From contig NC_086098.1 of the NCBI RefSeq assembly GCF_963921235.1, positions 4,278,001-4,342,000 on the forward strand: 64,000 nucleotides of DNA. Reading direction: 5' to 3'. The notes beneath the pieces are model-generated. The model was not told the DNA's origin, did not search any database, and worked only from the letters and a program-made list of their open reading frames with translations. A program made the translations under genes and the position numbers. Shown piece by piece: positions 12,320 through 26,239 of this stretch (positions are counted from its first letter, which is position 1; each line of letters opens with the position of its first letter). Origin of the DNA: Mobula hypostoma (taxonomy: Eukaryota).

Positions 12320-13640
12320 AACCACAAAGCAATGTCCCTTGGATCCCATGCCTCCTTACTTTTTCAATAAGCCTTGCATGGGGTACCTTGTCAAATGCCT
12401 TGCTGAAATCCATATACACTACATCTACGGCTCTACCTTAATCAATGTGTTTAGTCACATCTTCAAAAAAATTCAGTCAGGCTCGTAAGGCACGACCTGC
12501 CCTTGACAAAGCCACACTGACTATTTCTAATCATATTATGCCTCTCCAAATGTTCATCAATCCTGCCTCTCAGGATCTTCTCCATCAACTTACCAACCAC
12601 TGAAGTAAGACTCACTGGGCTATAATTTCCTGGGCTATCTCTACTCCCTTTTTTGAATAATGTAACAACATCCGCAACCCTCCAATCCTCCGGAACCCCT
12701 CCCGTCCCCATTGATGATGCAAAGATCATTGCCAGAGGCTCAGCAATCTCCTTTCTCACCTCCCACAGTAGCCTGGGGTACATCCCGTCTGGTCCCGGTG
12801 ACTTATCCATCTTGATGCTTTTCAAAAGCTCCAGCACATCCTTTTTCTTATTATCTACATGCTCAAATTTTTCAGTCTGTCGTAAGTCATCCCTACAATT
12901 GCCAAGCTCCTTTTCCATAGTGAATACTGAAGCAAAGTATTCATTAAGTACCTCTGCCATCTCCTCCGGTTCCATGCACACTTTTCCACTGTCACACTTG
13001 ATCAGTCCTATTCTCTCACATCTTATCCTCTTGCTCTTCACATACTTGTAGAATGCCTGAGGGTTTTCTTTAATCCTGTCCACCAAGGCCTTCTCATGGC
13101 TCCTTCTGGCTCTCCTAATTTCATTCTTAAGCTCCTTCCTGCTAGCCGTATAATTTTCTAGATCTCTTTCATTACCGAGTTTTTTTGAACCTTTTGTAAG
13201 CTCTTCTTTTCTTCTTGACTAGATTTACAACAGCCTTTGTACACCACGGTTCCTGTACCCTACCATCCTTTCCCAGTCTCACTGGAATGCAGCTATGTGG
13301 AACTCCATGCAAACATCCCCTGAACATTTGTCACATTTCTTCCATACATTTCCCTGAGAACATCTGTTCCCAATTTATGCCTCCAAGTTCCTGCCTGATA
13401 GCCTCATATTTCCCCTTACTCTAATTAAATGCTTTCCTAACTTGTCTGTTCCTATCCCTCTCCAACACTATGGTAAAGGAGATAGAATTGTGATCACTAT
13501 CTCCAAAGTGCTCTCCCATTGAGAGATCTGACACCTGACCAGGTTCATTTCTCAATACCAGATCAAGTACAGCCTCTCCTCTTGTAGGCTTATCTACATA
13601 TTGTGTCAAGAAAGCTACCTGAACACACATAACGAACTCC
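12320..13640 (-). mobile_element. CR1 ORF2 fragment (end of endonuclease to start of RT)
   Basis: GDSDHNSI, KSPGPDGMYPRLL, NYSPVSLTSVVGKLME, GFVKGRSCLT. Confidence 0.92.
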
Positions 13641-14347
13641 AGACATCCAGACAGAATGATTTCTATGGCGCATCACTGTAACTGGTAAGGGTCAACAGGA
13701 ACGTGCCAAATTTCTCTACTGCCCTGAGGAAAACATGTTTGTGAACTTCCTTGGCTGTGATATTGATCAGGACAGGCTATTGCTGATGTTTACTCCTCGG
13801 AACCTGAAGCTGTCCACCCTCTCGCCCTCAGCAGTGTTGACGTAGACAGGAATGTATACCGTCATCCTTACTAAAGTCAGTGACCAGCTCTTCCGGCCAC
13901 TTGTTGATGTTCTACAGGGGCTGGCGCTGGGACCACTTCTTTTTACATTGCATGTCAATGATTTGGATGAAGGAATTAATGGCTTTGTGGCCAAGTTTAT
14001 GGACGAATTGAAGATAGGTGGAGAGGCAGGTAGTGTGGAATAAGCAGAGCGTCTGCAAAAGGATCTAGACTGATTAAGAAAATGGGGAATGAGGTGGCAG
14101 GTGGAATATAGTGTCAGGGAGCGTACTATCATGCACTTGGGTAGAAGGAATAAAGGTACGGATTATTTTCTAAATGGAGAGAAAATTCAAAAATTAGAGA
14201 CTCAAGGGACTTAGGAGGATTCCCTAAAGGCCAACTTGCAGGTTGAGGCAATGGTAAAGGCGGCAAATGCAATGTCAGCATTTGTTTCAAGAGGACTAGA
14301 ATATACTTTCCAGTTTACTTTCGGAGGTGGAAATGAAGAGAGATAAA

Positions 14348-15398
14348 GATTGGATTCAGAATTGGCTTGCCTGCAGAAGGCAGAGGGTCGTGGTAGAGGG
14401 AGTACATTCGGATTGGAGGATTGTGACTAGTGGTGTCCCACAAGGATCTGTTCTGGGACCTCTACTTTTCGTGATTTTTATTAACGACCTGGATGTGGGG
14501 GTAGAAGGGTCAGTTGGCAAGTTTGCAGACGACACAAAGGTTGGTGGTGTTGTGGATAGTGTAGAGGATTGTCGAAGATTGCAGAGAGACATTGATAGGA
14601 TGCAGAAGTGGGCTGAGAAGTGCAAGATGGAGTTCAACCCGGAGAAGTGTGAGGTGGTACACTTTGGAAGGACAAACTCCAAGGCAGAGTACAAAGTAGA
14701 TGGTAGTGTGGAGGAGCAGAGAGATCTCGGGGTACATGTCCACAGATCCCTGAAAGTTTCCTCACAGGGTAGTTAAGAAAGCCTATGGAGTGTTAGCTTT
14801 CATAAGTCGAGGGATAGAGTTTAAGAGTCGCGATGTAATGATGCAGCTCTATAAAACTCTGGTTAGGCCACACTTGGAGCACTGTGTCCAGTTCTGGTCA
14901 CCTCACTATAGGAAGGCTGTGGAAGCATTGGAAATGGTACAGAGGAGATTTACCAGGATGCAGCCTGGTTTAGAGAGTATCGATTATGATCAGAGATTAA
15001 GGGAGCTAGGGCTTTACTCTTTGGAGAGAAGGAGGATGAGAGGAGACATGATAGAGGTGTACAAGCTAATAAGAGGAATAGATAGAGTGGATAGCCAGCG
15101 CCTCTTCCCCAGGGCACCACTGCTCAATACAAGAGGATATGCCTTTAAGGTAAGGGGTGGGAAGTTTGAGGGGGATATTAAAGGAAGGTTTTTTACTCAG
15201 AGAGTGGTTGGTGCGTGGAATGCACTGCCTGAGTCAGTGGTGGAGGCGGATACACTAGTGAAATTTAAGAGACTACTAGACAGGTATATGGAGGAATTTA
15301 AGGTGGGGGTTATATGGGAGGCAGGGTTTGAGGGTTGGCACAACATTGTGGGCCGAAGGGCCTGTAATGTGCTGTACTATTCTATGTTCTATGTTCTA
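14348..15398 (+). mobile_element. Young 5'-truncated CR1 inserted in an older CR1 (about 13895-14305 and 15399-15750)
   Basis: [18 protein letters not shown], (TTCTATG)n-type tail; same family as 40973-44300. Confidence 0.92.
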
Positions 15399-15749
15399 AA
15401 AGAAAGATGTAATGCTGAGGCTTTATAAGACATTGGTCAGACCACACAGAGGACTGTGTGCAGTTTTGGGCCCCTTGTGTAAGAAAATAAGTACTGGCAT
15501 TGGAGAGGGTGCAGGGGAGGTTCATGAAAATTATCTCAGTAATGTAAGGGTTAACATGTGAGGAGCTTTTGATGGCTCTGGGCCCGTACTTGGATGGAGC
15601 TTAGATGAATGAGGAGGGAATCTCATTAAAACCTATTGAATATTGAAAGACTGAAATAGAATGGATGTGGAGAAGAGGTTTCCTATATTAGGGGAGCCTA
15701 GGGCCAAGGGCCAAAGGGCCAAAGGGCACACAGCACACCCTCAGAATAG

Positions 15750-18120
15750 AATCAGGTTTATTGTCACTGACGTGTGTCGTGAAATTTGTTAACTTAGCAG
15801 CAGCAGTTCAATGCAATACATAACATAGAAGAAAAATAAAATAATAATAATAAAATAAATAAGTAAATCAATTACAGTATTCGTATATTGAAAGGATTAA
15901 AAATCGTGCAACAAACAGAAATAATACATGTTAAAAAAGAGAGGTAGTATACAAGGGTTCAATGTCAATTTATGAATTGGATGGCAGAGGGGAAGAAGCT
16001 GTTCCTGAATCGCTGAGTGTGTGCCTCCGGGCTTCTGTACCTCCTACCTGATGCTATCAGTGAGAAAAGGGCATGCCCTGAGTGCTGGAGGTCCTTAATA
16101 ATGGATGCTGCCTTTCTGAGACACTGCTCCCTGAAGATGTCCTGGGTACTTTGTAGGCTAGTACCCAAGATGGAGCTGACTAGATTTACAACCTTCTGCA
16201 GCTTCTTTCAGACCTGTGCAGTAGCCCCTCCATACCAGACAGTGATGCAGGCTATCAGAATGCTCTCCACAGTACATCTACAGAAGTTTTGAGTGTATTT
16301 GTTGACATACCAAATTTCTTCAAACTCCTAATGAAGTATAGCCGCTGTCTTGCCTTCTTTATAACTGCATTGATTTTTTGGGATCAAGTTAGGTCCTCAG
16401 AGAACTTAACATCCAGGAACTTAGAAACAAAGATAAAAACATAGAAAACCTACAGCACAATATGGGCCCTTCACAACGCTGTGCCGAACATGTCCTTACC
16501 TTAGAAATCACCCAGGGTTACCCATAGCCCTCTATTTTTCTGAGCTCCATGTACCTGTCCAGGAGTCTCTTAAAAGACCCTATCGTATCTGCCTCCACCA
16601 CCATTGCCAGCAGCCCATTTCATGCACTCACCACTCTCTGCGTAAAAAACTTATTCCTAACATCTCCTCTGAACCTACTTCCAAGCACCTTAAAACTGTG
16701 CCCTCTCGTGCTAGCCATTTCAGCCTTGGGAAAAAGCCTCCGACTATCCACACGATACATGTCTCTCATCATTTTATACACTTATTGAACTTGAAACTGC
16801 TCACTCTCTCCACTTCTGATCCCTCTATGAGGATTGGTATGTGTTTCTTCATTTTACCCTTCCTGAAGTCCACAATCAGCTCTTTCATCTTACTGACGTT
16901 GAGTGCCAGGTTGTTGCTGCGACACCACTACACTAGTTGGCATATCTCTCTCCTGTCCGCCTCCTCAACTCCATCTGAGATTTTACCAACAATGGTTGTA
17001 TCATCAGCAAATATATAGATGGTGTTTGAGCTATACCTAGCCACAGAGTCATGGGTATACAGAGAGTAGAGCAGTGGGCTAAGCACACACCCCTGAGGTG
17101 CACCAGTGTTGATCGTCCGCGAGAAGGATATGTCATCACTAATCCACACAGATTGTGGGCTTCCAGTTAGGAAGTCGAGGATCCAATTGCAGAGGAAGGT
17201 AGAGAGGTCCAGGTTCTGCAACTTCTCAGTCAGGATTGTGGGAATGGTGGTATTAAATGCTGAGCTATAGTCGATGAACAGCATCCTGACGTAGGTGTTT
17301 GTGTTGTCCAGGTGGTCTAAAGCCGTGTGGAGAGCCATTGAGATTGTGTCTGCCATTGACCTGTTGTGGCAATAGGCAAATTGCAATGGGTCCAGGACCT
17401 TGCTGAGGCAGGAGTTCAGTCTAGTCATGACCAACCTCTCAAAGCATTTCATCACTGTAGATGTGTGTGCTACCGGGTAATAGTCATTAAGGCAGCTCAC
17501 ATTATTCTTCTTAGGCACTGGTATAATTGTTGCCTTTTTGAAGCAAGTGGGAACTTCCGCCCGTAGCAGAGAGGTTGAAAATGTCCTTGTATACTTCAGT
17601 CAGTTGGTTGGCACAGGTTTTCAGAGCCTTGCCTGGTACTCCATCGGGACCTTCTGCCTTGCGAGGGTTCACTCTCTTTAAAGGCCTAACATCGGCCTCT
17701 GAGACAGAGATCACAGGGTCATCAGGTGCAACAGAGATCTTCATAGCTGTTATTATATTCTCCCTTTCAAAGTGTGCATAGAAGGTGTTGAATTTAGCTG
17801 GTAGTGAAGCATCACTGCCAATCATGCTATTGAGTTTTGCTTTGTAGGAAGTAATGTCTTGCAGGCCCTGCCAGGGTTGCCATACATCCGATGTCGCCTC
17901 TAACTTTGTTCAGAATTGTTTCTTCACCCTTGAAACAGCCCTCCGCAAACCATACCCAGTTTTCTGGTAGAGGCCTGGGTCACTAAACTTGAATGCCACA
18001 GATCTGGCCTTCAGCAGACGATGTACCTCTTGGTTTATCCACAGCTTTTGGTTTGGGAACGTGCACCAAGTCCGCACAGGTTTTAATGAAGTCGGCATCA
18101 ACTGCAGCAGACTCATCCAG
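15750..18120 (-). mobile_element. Rex1/Babar-clade LINE, degenerate, with a CR1 3' fragment inserted at about 16420-16785
   Basis: KAEGPDGVPG, CLNDYYPVA, FIDYSSAFNT, TGAPQGCVLSPLLYSLYTHD, FADDTTIVG. Confidence 0.9.
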
Positions 18121-21100
18121 GTCCGAAGACGTCCCTTTATAACAGAGACAAGGCAGAATTTCTTTAGCCAGAGGGTGGCGAATCTGTGGATTTTAATGCC
18201 TCTGATGCCTGTGAAGGACAAGTCATTTGGTGTACTTAAGGCCAAGCTTGCTAGGTTCTTGATTAGTCGGGGCCAATGACTAACTAAAGGTTTCAGGAAG
18301 AAGGCAGGAGAATAGGGTTAAGACTGATAATAAATTAGCCATGATAGAATGGCAGAAAAGACTCAACAGGCAAATGGCCTAATTCTGCTCTCTCTTGCTC
18401 TGTTGACATTGAGGGAAATGTTTCTGTCATGACCCCATCTCACTAAGCTCTCTGTCTCTTTCCTGTACTCGGACTCTTTGTTATTTGAGATGCGGTCCAC
18501 TACAGCAGTATGTACCATCTTCAAACTTGTAGATCAGAGGATCCCACCCTTTTTTTATGCCATAGACCCCTATACATTTAGCGAGTAATCCCTGGACCCC
18601 AGGTTGGGAACCCCTGGAGATAGAACAGAACTGGCCATGCAGTCACGAGGGTACACGGAGGAGGGTAGGGGCTGAAGACAACCTTGTGGAGCACCAATGT
18701 TTAGAATACTCATGGAGGACTTGTTGTTGCGTATTCTTACTGAATATTGTGGGTACATTATACTCATCTCCACGTATCTACAGTGACAGCGTTAAGATCT
18801 GGCTGCCAATGCTTCTACAGCGTACTGAACAGGAATGAACCCTTCACCAACTATGATGACAGATTAAACTAATCCCATCTGCCTGAACATAAACCACACC
18901 TCTCCATTCCCTGCATGTTCATTTGTCTACCTAAATACCTCTTAACTGAACTACCACAGTCATATTGGTTTCCCATCACTCCACCAGCAGGGCTTCCCAG
19001 GCACCAGCCACTCATCCTGCCCATCTTCTGTAAGCTTTTCCCTCTCATTTTAAAGCAATGCCCTTTAATATTGGAGGCTTCCACCCTCAGAAGACCCTGA
19101 TTATCTACCTTATCCACCAACACACTGAAGGCACACCACTGGTGAAACTTTAATAGGAGTTCGAGGAGATTTGGTATCTCACCAAAGTCTCTTGCAAATT
19201 TCTACAGATGTACCATGTGTACTGAGCTCTTCGGGCTTGTGCAGGACAGCAGAGAGCACTGGGCTCCAAGGTTTTTAAAGAGCACCTGAATTGGTTAATT
19301 GTTGCTTAACAAGAGTCGTTAATCATTTAAAGTTCCTTGTGCTTTTCTCGAGCAACTTGCTCTTTATAAAGCGGTCTCTTGGTGCTTTGTTAAGTTTATT
19401 TTGATTGGCTTGGGGATTCCTTGTTACTTGTATTATTTAAGCAGATGCCTGATTGGTGCTAATCACAGGGTCCTAGTTTTGAGAATGTTACAACCCGTGG
19501 TATCACTTACCAAGCCACCAATGTACTTTTGGAATTCTCATGAATGAACTCTTGTCGCTGTCTCTGTATTGGAGTCTGTCTTTGCTCTGCACTTCAGTTC
19601 CAATATTGCGAGTGCACGTCGTGGCACCATGGAGAGCATTCTGACTGGTTGCAACACTGTCAGGTATGGAGACTCAAGGAGACAATGCAGAGGATCAGAA
19701 AAAAGCTCAGCCAGTTTATATCATTGGGCACTAACCACACCAGCAACCAGAGCACCTGCACGAGGCAGTGCCTCGAGAAGGCAGTACATATCATTAAGGT
19801 CCTGCACCATACAGGAGATACCCTCTTCTCATTACCGTGATCAGGGAAGATGTATAGGAGCATGAGGACACACACTCAATGCCTAAGGAACACCTTCTTC
19901 CTCTCCTTATGTCTTATCGTATATTTGCAGATGGCAGTAGGAATCGAACCCCGATTTGTGATCACTGTTGCTATAAAGCGATTCCACTAACCACTACACT
20001 ACCATACCACCCTTCTCTCCAGCTGAGAAGCTGTTGTTATCTCAATGTTGAGATGTTTCTCTCTACCTCCCTAATAATGAATATATTGTAATTCAAGTTA
20101 AAGAATCCTTTAATTAATATTTTTCAGTCTCATATACACTAATGTAGAATACAGTCCAGAAAAGAAATCAGTGTTCAAATTTCGAAGACAACATTATGCA
20201 GTGCCTGTACCAATTAGATAGAGGAAGTCTAAACATCCAAAAGTCTGTTTGAATCTCAAAAATGTTCCCAAAAGCGTAATGGAGCCACATTGCTTTTTTT
20301 CTGACTAATCTACCCACCCATGCATACACACAGACAAGACACAGATACAGGGATTTGAATGTGGAGCTGAATGAAACACACAAAAATAAAATTCAGCTAA
20401 ACTATAAATGCCGATCAGTAATAAATACAAATGTGAAGTTGCCAATCCCGTATAAATGCTTGTGATATCTGGTCTTGAAATACAATTCCACACCAACAAC
20501 ATTCCATGATTGTTTGGCACAGAAACATTGCTGAAGATCACCATGGTTCCAATTCCTGAAAACAAAAATGTCCCTTTAGGATTATACTTCCATATACTAT
20601 TGATAACAGGCTCGTAAAGAAAACACTGAATTGCTTCATAATCCCTGACATCTGAACTATTTTAGAGCACCATGGAAACTCCAAAATTGATGCTGCATTC
20701 ATGGGCATAGTTAATTCAGTTTTGTTTTTGTGTGAAGCTCCGTTATAGATGATGAAAACACAGTGAATTGATCCCATTTTCCTTTATCACACAAAAATGG
20801 AAGACTTTGATCCAATACTAACCATGACTGGTCGAGGAAAATACACACTATACAACAGAAACTGTTTTGTCGCGTTGTGTTAAATATTGACAGTTCAGTA
20901 AATATTTCCTGATGTGCAGAAGTCTTTTAATTTCCAAATTATTTTGATGATCAAGGCAGTTTGGGTTTAAGACAGTAAAAGATAAAGATGAGCTTTGTTT
21001 GTCATCTGTACATTGAAACTTCAAAACATACAGTGAAATGTGCGGTTTGTGTCATTGCTTATGATGCTCTGGGGGCAGCCCGCAAAATATTGTCGCGCTT

Positions 21101-21919
21101 CAGGGCCATGCCCGCAACTCACTCATCCTGACCCACGTGTCTTCGGAATGTGGGAGGAAACTCATACAATCATGGGGTCAACGTACAACCTCCTACAGAA
21201 GACGGTAGTGGGAATTGAACCCTGATCGGTGATCACTATTGCTATAAAGCGATCGCACTAACCACCATTCACCATGAATCGTTTCTCTCCAGCTCAGCCG
21301 CTTAAGTTATCTCAATGTATGCAGGTTTGTCTGTTACCTCCTACTAATGAATGTATTGTAATTCAAGTTAAATAACCCTTTAATTAATATTTCTCATATA
21401 CACTAATGTAGAGCGCAGTCCAGAGAAGAATTTGGAGTTCAAATTTAGGAGAAAGCAATGCAGTGTGCCTGCTCTAATCAGAAACAGGAAGTCTGAAAAT
21501 CTCAAAAAAGTCATACGGGCAATGTAGTTCAAAGTGCTTTCCAACAACATAATGTAAAAATAAAAGGCAATAAAATGTTACGTAAAAACAACATTAAATA
21601 AATAGGTTTTGAACTGGCGTTTGAATGTATCAATTAAGTCTGCATCCCTTATAGTTTTAGGTATTAAGTTCCACCGTACAGGAGTAAAATACAGAGATAT
21701 GAATTTTTTGGTGGGAAAGTTGTGTTAAATATTGACACAGTTTAGTTAATATTTTCTGATGTGTATAAAAAGATTATTAATTTCAAAATTATTTTGATCT
21801 TTTTCTGTGTAACAGAAAATAATTACTGAACTCTGTCAATATTTAACACCCTGTGATAAAACCACTTCTGTCGTATTGTGTGCATTTTCCTCAACCTGGT
21901 TAATTGAAGAGACTCTTCC

Positions 21920-23310
21920 CTGCCAAAGTGAAAACAAATTTCTATAAATAGGTCTAAATTTACTACAATAATTAAACACAAAATATTTGATTGAGTAATT
22001 ACTCACCCCCTTCAAGTCGATATTTAGTAGATGCACCTTTGGCAGCAATTACAGCCTTGAGTCTGTGTGGATAGGTCTCTAACAGCTTTGCACATCCGGC
22101 CACTGCAATTTTTCCCCATTCTTCCATACAAAACTGCTTAAGCTCTGTCAGATTTCATGGGAACTGTGAGTTAACAGCCCTTTTCAAGTGCAGCCACAAA
22201 TTGTCAATTGGTTTAAAGTCTGAACTCTGACTTGGCTTTATGCTTGGGGTCATTGTCTTGCTGGAAAACAAAACTTTTCCCAAATCACAGTTCTCTTGCA
22301 AACTTCATCAGGTTTTCCTCCAGGATTTCCCTGTATTTTGCTGAATTCATTTTACCCTCTACCTTCACAAGCCTTCCAGGGCCTTCTGCAGTGAAGTATC
22401 CCCATAATATGATGCAGCCACCACCATGCTTCAAGGTAGGGATGGTGTGTTTTTGATGATGTGCAGTGCTTGGTCATAGCCAAAAAGCCCAATTCTGGTT
22501 TCATCAGACGATAGAACCTTCTTCCAGCTGACTTCAGAGTCTCCCACATGCCTTTTTACAAACTCTAGCTGAGATTTCATGTGAGTTTTTTCCTCTTTAC
22601 CACTCTCCCATACAGCTGTGACAGGTGAAGCACCCAGGCAACAGTTGTTGTACGCACAGTCTCTCCCATCTCAGCACTGAAGCTTGTAACTCCTCCAGAG
22701 TTGTCATAGGATTCTTGGCGGCCTCCATCACTAGTCCCCTTCTTGCATAGTCACTCAGTTTTTGAGGACAGCCTGCTCTAGGCAGATTTATAGCTGTGTC
22801 ATATTCTTTCCATTTCTTGATGATTGACTTAACTGTACTCCAATAGATATTCAGTGACTTGAACATTTTCTTATATCCACCTCCTGATTTGTGCTTTTTC
22901 AATACCTTTTCTTTTGTCTTCATGGTGTAGCTTTTGCCAGGATACTGACTCACCAGCAGTTGAACATTCCAGACACAGGTGTCTTTTTAATACAATTAAT
23001 TGAAACACCTTTACTACACACAGGTCTCCAAAACCTGATCTCCATTTAACTAATTATGTGCCTTCTAAAACCAATTGGCTGCAGCAGTGATGACTTTGTG
23101 TGTCATATTAAGGGGGAGGGGGTGAATACCTATGCAATCAACTATTTTGTGTTTTATATTTGTAATTAATTTAGATCACTTTGTAGCAATCTGCTTTCAC
23201 TTTGACATGAAAGTGTAAAAAAGCAAATTAAATGCACTGTGATTCAATGTTATAAAACAATAAAGCATGAAAACTTCTAGGGGATGGGGGATACTTTTCA
23301 TAGGCACTAC
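21920..23310 (-). mobile_element. Tc1-like (long-TIR) transposon, defective
   Basis: ORF 22597-22953 KSGGGYKKMFKSLNIYWSTVKSIIKKWKEY...NLPRAGCPQKLS; TVKHGGG-like motif near 22420; TIR end ...atacttttcataggcact. Confidence 0.92.
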
Positions 23311-23351
23311 ATTCATAGTTTCACAAGATTACTTTCCAACAGGAAGTCATA

Positions 23352-26010
23352 TAGTAGGGTTCTGTAATGGGTGGAAACATGCATAATCTACAACCACCAA
23401 CATTGAGTTAGGGTTCCCTTTAAGAGGCTGGTTTGACGTGATGGCGTGGTGACGTGGTTTTTTAAATTCACTTTATGTTCTGTGTTTCGTTGAACATGTC
23501 GGCCAATGCAGTCACTTTGAAACTGCTGGAGTTTTGGGAGCAAAATGCCATCACTGAGTTTGTACAAACCAAGGCCGAATTCACGCCGAGAGAAATCTCC
23601 GCAGACAAGATTACACCAGATATTACTGTGTAGTGGCGTCACTCAGTAGTTCCATGGTAGCCAGAGTGGTGAGTTTGATTGAATACCCATCTGAACACGA
23701 TAAATATCGATCACTGAAACCCACCTTTTACAGACTTTTGGATTATCGGATTCTGAGATTTAGATTTCCTTTTTGTTTACCTGTATAAGGTACTTGTTGC
23801 CAGTGTCCAAATCTGAACACGTATTTCATCTCCACACACTTTTCAAGTGCTTAAACCAACGTGGGTTGATTATTAACCCATGTGAAGCCCCTCCCATCAA
23901 AAGTAGCCGTGACTATGGAATTCCCACCATCCCGCACTACTAAAAACTACAGGAGTTTTTAGCATGGTGGATTTCTATCACCGCTTCATTCCACAAGCTG
24001 CTGAACTTAGTCACGTGCTTGACTGACCAGGGCATTTTGATGATACAAAACGAGCTCTTTCCATTGTAATCCCACTGGTGCCCCCACTCCCCAACACACC
24101 CTATAGCCATTACTGCTGATGTTTCAGACTATGCTGAGGGTGCTGAGCATGAACAGTTGGTCGGGGGCGTGTGGCAGCCGCTCACCTTCTCCAGCCGGCA
24201 GTTCTGTCCTCCCGGAAGGAAGCACAGCACCTTTAATGAGCTTCCCAGTCTCTATTTCGCTGTGTGCCATTTTCCTTTTCTTCCAGAGGGTTGTCAATCA
24301 CAGCATTTGTTGACCACAAACCTCTCGTGCACGCACTGGCCAAAATGTCAGAGCCTTGGTCTGCATGGCAGCAAAGACACCTGGACTACATATCAGAGTT
24401 CACAATGGACATACAACATTTCAGGGGGAAAAATAGTACTGTGGCTGATTGCCTCTCACGGCCGTGCACATAGAGATTGACTATGCTGATATGGCAGCCG
24501 ACAAGCTCCTGACCCAGAGGTCCAGGCTGACACGGCAGCCGACCGAGCTCCTGACCCAGAGGTCCAGGCTCACCAAGCAGCAGTCATGGGCCTGCAGTTG
24601 GCTGACATTGAGTTCGGGAAGCTGGAGTTTTTCTCCTGAGCAGTACCTCAACCATTCACCCTCGCCCCATAGTGCCTGTAAACTGGAGGTGGACTGTTTT
24701 CATCTCCATTCCTGGCTTCTCACATCTGGGCCAGAAGGCCTCACAGAAACTGGTTGCACTAAGTTTGTTTGACATGGCCTTTGAAAGACATGCATGATCG
24801 GCGAGCAGCCGGTGTTGAGTGCCCAAGGGCAAACATTTACCACTGTGTTCGGGTGCCACTGGCACCTTCTGAGATTCCTAAGAGATGGTTTGTACCATGT
24901 CAATGTGGACCTGGTCCTCTTCCCTCCTCCCGCAGTTTCACACATCTCCTTACCACGGTGGACCGTGCCACCAGGTGACCAGACAATGTCCCTCTAGTAT
25001 CGACGACGGCTGTAGATGTGGCTCGGGTGTTCATCAGCACCTGGGTTGCCTGGTTTGGCACCCCGTCTGATATTTCCTTTCACCAGAGTCCCCAATTCAT
25101 GTTAGACTTCTGGGCTGTGCTGGCCCAGGGCCTCTGCATTAAGCTACATTACACCACGACATATCACCCACAGCCCAATGTTTCCTGTTCCTTAAAAGGC
25201 TGCTCTGAGGGCTTCCCTCACCGATGAGTGTTGGCATGTTCGTCTCCCATGACTCCTGCTGGGGCTCAGAACTACTCCAAAAGAGGGCTTGTAGTCGTCT
25301 GCAGCCGAGTTGGCAAACGGGCAGCTGTTACGAGTGCCAGGTGATTTTATTCCTGACACAACGACCGCCTGGTTGGCCTCCCAACAACATCCTACCCTCC
25401 TCGGTAAATTCAATTCCTTTTTACCTCCCAACATGGCATCCAGCACTCTTGGGTTCCTGTTGACCTATTCCACCTCCTTTGTTTTTGTCCGACACCAACA
25501 TCCCCTTAGGCCCCCTTACAATGGCCCATTCCACATTTTGGAATGGAGCGAAAAAACCTTTATCATAGATAGGAGAGGTAAAACTGAATGTATTTTGGTA
25601 GATGGCCTTAAACCAGCCTACCAAAAGTTGAGCGTTCTGCTGCCCTGCCCCTGGTGTCACAACATGACCATGAGTGTGTCAAGACATCTCTGGATGAGCC
25701 AGAGGTATCTACTCTTCCTCTACCCATGGAACATAAGACCCAAGTCAGGCAGCTCATCCAAGCTCCAGACGGGCTCACAATGTTGGTTTTAGTGAATTCT
25801 GCTGGGGCCTGTGTAGGGTAACGTAATGGCTGCAAACATATCTACAATTCACAACCATCGATATTGAGTTGGGGTTCACTTGAAGAGGCTGGTCCGATGA
25901 GATGACCTAACGACATGAAGTTTTTTACCACGATTTATGCTCTGTGTTTCTCTGACAATAAAGAAAACCTACACAATGATTACTAGTAGTATTTGCTCTT
26001 TGAACTGTGA
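23352..26010 (+). mobile_element. Degenerate Gypsy LTR retrotransposon with two diverged LTRs (about 23352-23500 and 25812-26010)
   Basis: gag-like AVTLKLLEFW; RNase H TADVSDYA, VDHKPLV, ISEFTMDIQH, VADCLSR; integrase HVNVDLV, WVAWFGTPSDI, TTTYHPQPN; GPY/F motif PPYNGPF. LTRs share attgagtt.gggttc.ctt.aagaggctggt. Confidence 0.9.
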
Positions 26011-26044
26011 AACTTTAGAATTTATAAAACAGACATTGCAGTAC

Positions 26045-26152
26045 CTGTCCTGTGTATGCAAAGTCCAGAGCTTGTTTCAAACCCAGACTGGTCACTCCAT
26101 GTAGATTCACTTCCTCAGCCACACTCTCCACCATGCAAAGACTAAACATGGC
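26045..26152 (-). CDS. KLHL32: Next KLHL32 coding exon (AMFSLCMVESVAEEVNLHGVTSLGLKQALDFAYTGQ), not in the ORF track
   Basis: Found by reading the minus strand: tttcatttccag|GCC ATG TTT AGT ... ACA GGA CAG|gtactg. 108 nt, phase 0-0, continues the BTB domain in frame from ...DYFR and matches the recalled KLHL32 sequence AMFSLCMVESGADEVNLHGVTSLGLKQALEFAYTGQ. Confidence 0.95.
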
Positions 26153-26239
26153 CTGGAAATGAAATAAAAATTGATTAATTTTATCGATCAGTCACTTAAA
26201 ACAGAGGGTAAAGCATTGACTCTATGTTATTGACAGATG

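Noticed and set aside
20490..20560. ttttcag|GAATTGGAACCATGG resembling the next KLHL32 exon (LEP)
   Set aside because: Reads ELEPW then stop; no match to the expected ILLEPGVIQDVLAAGSHLQL.
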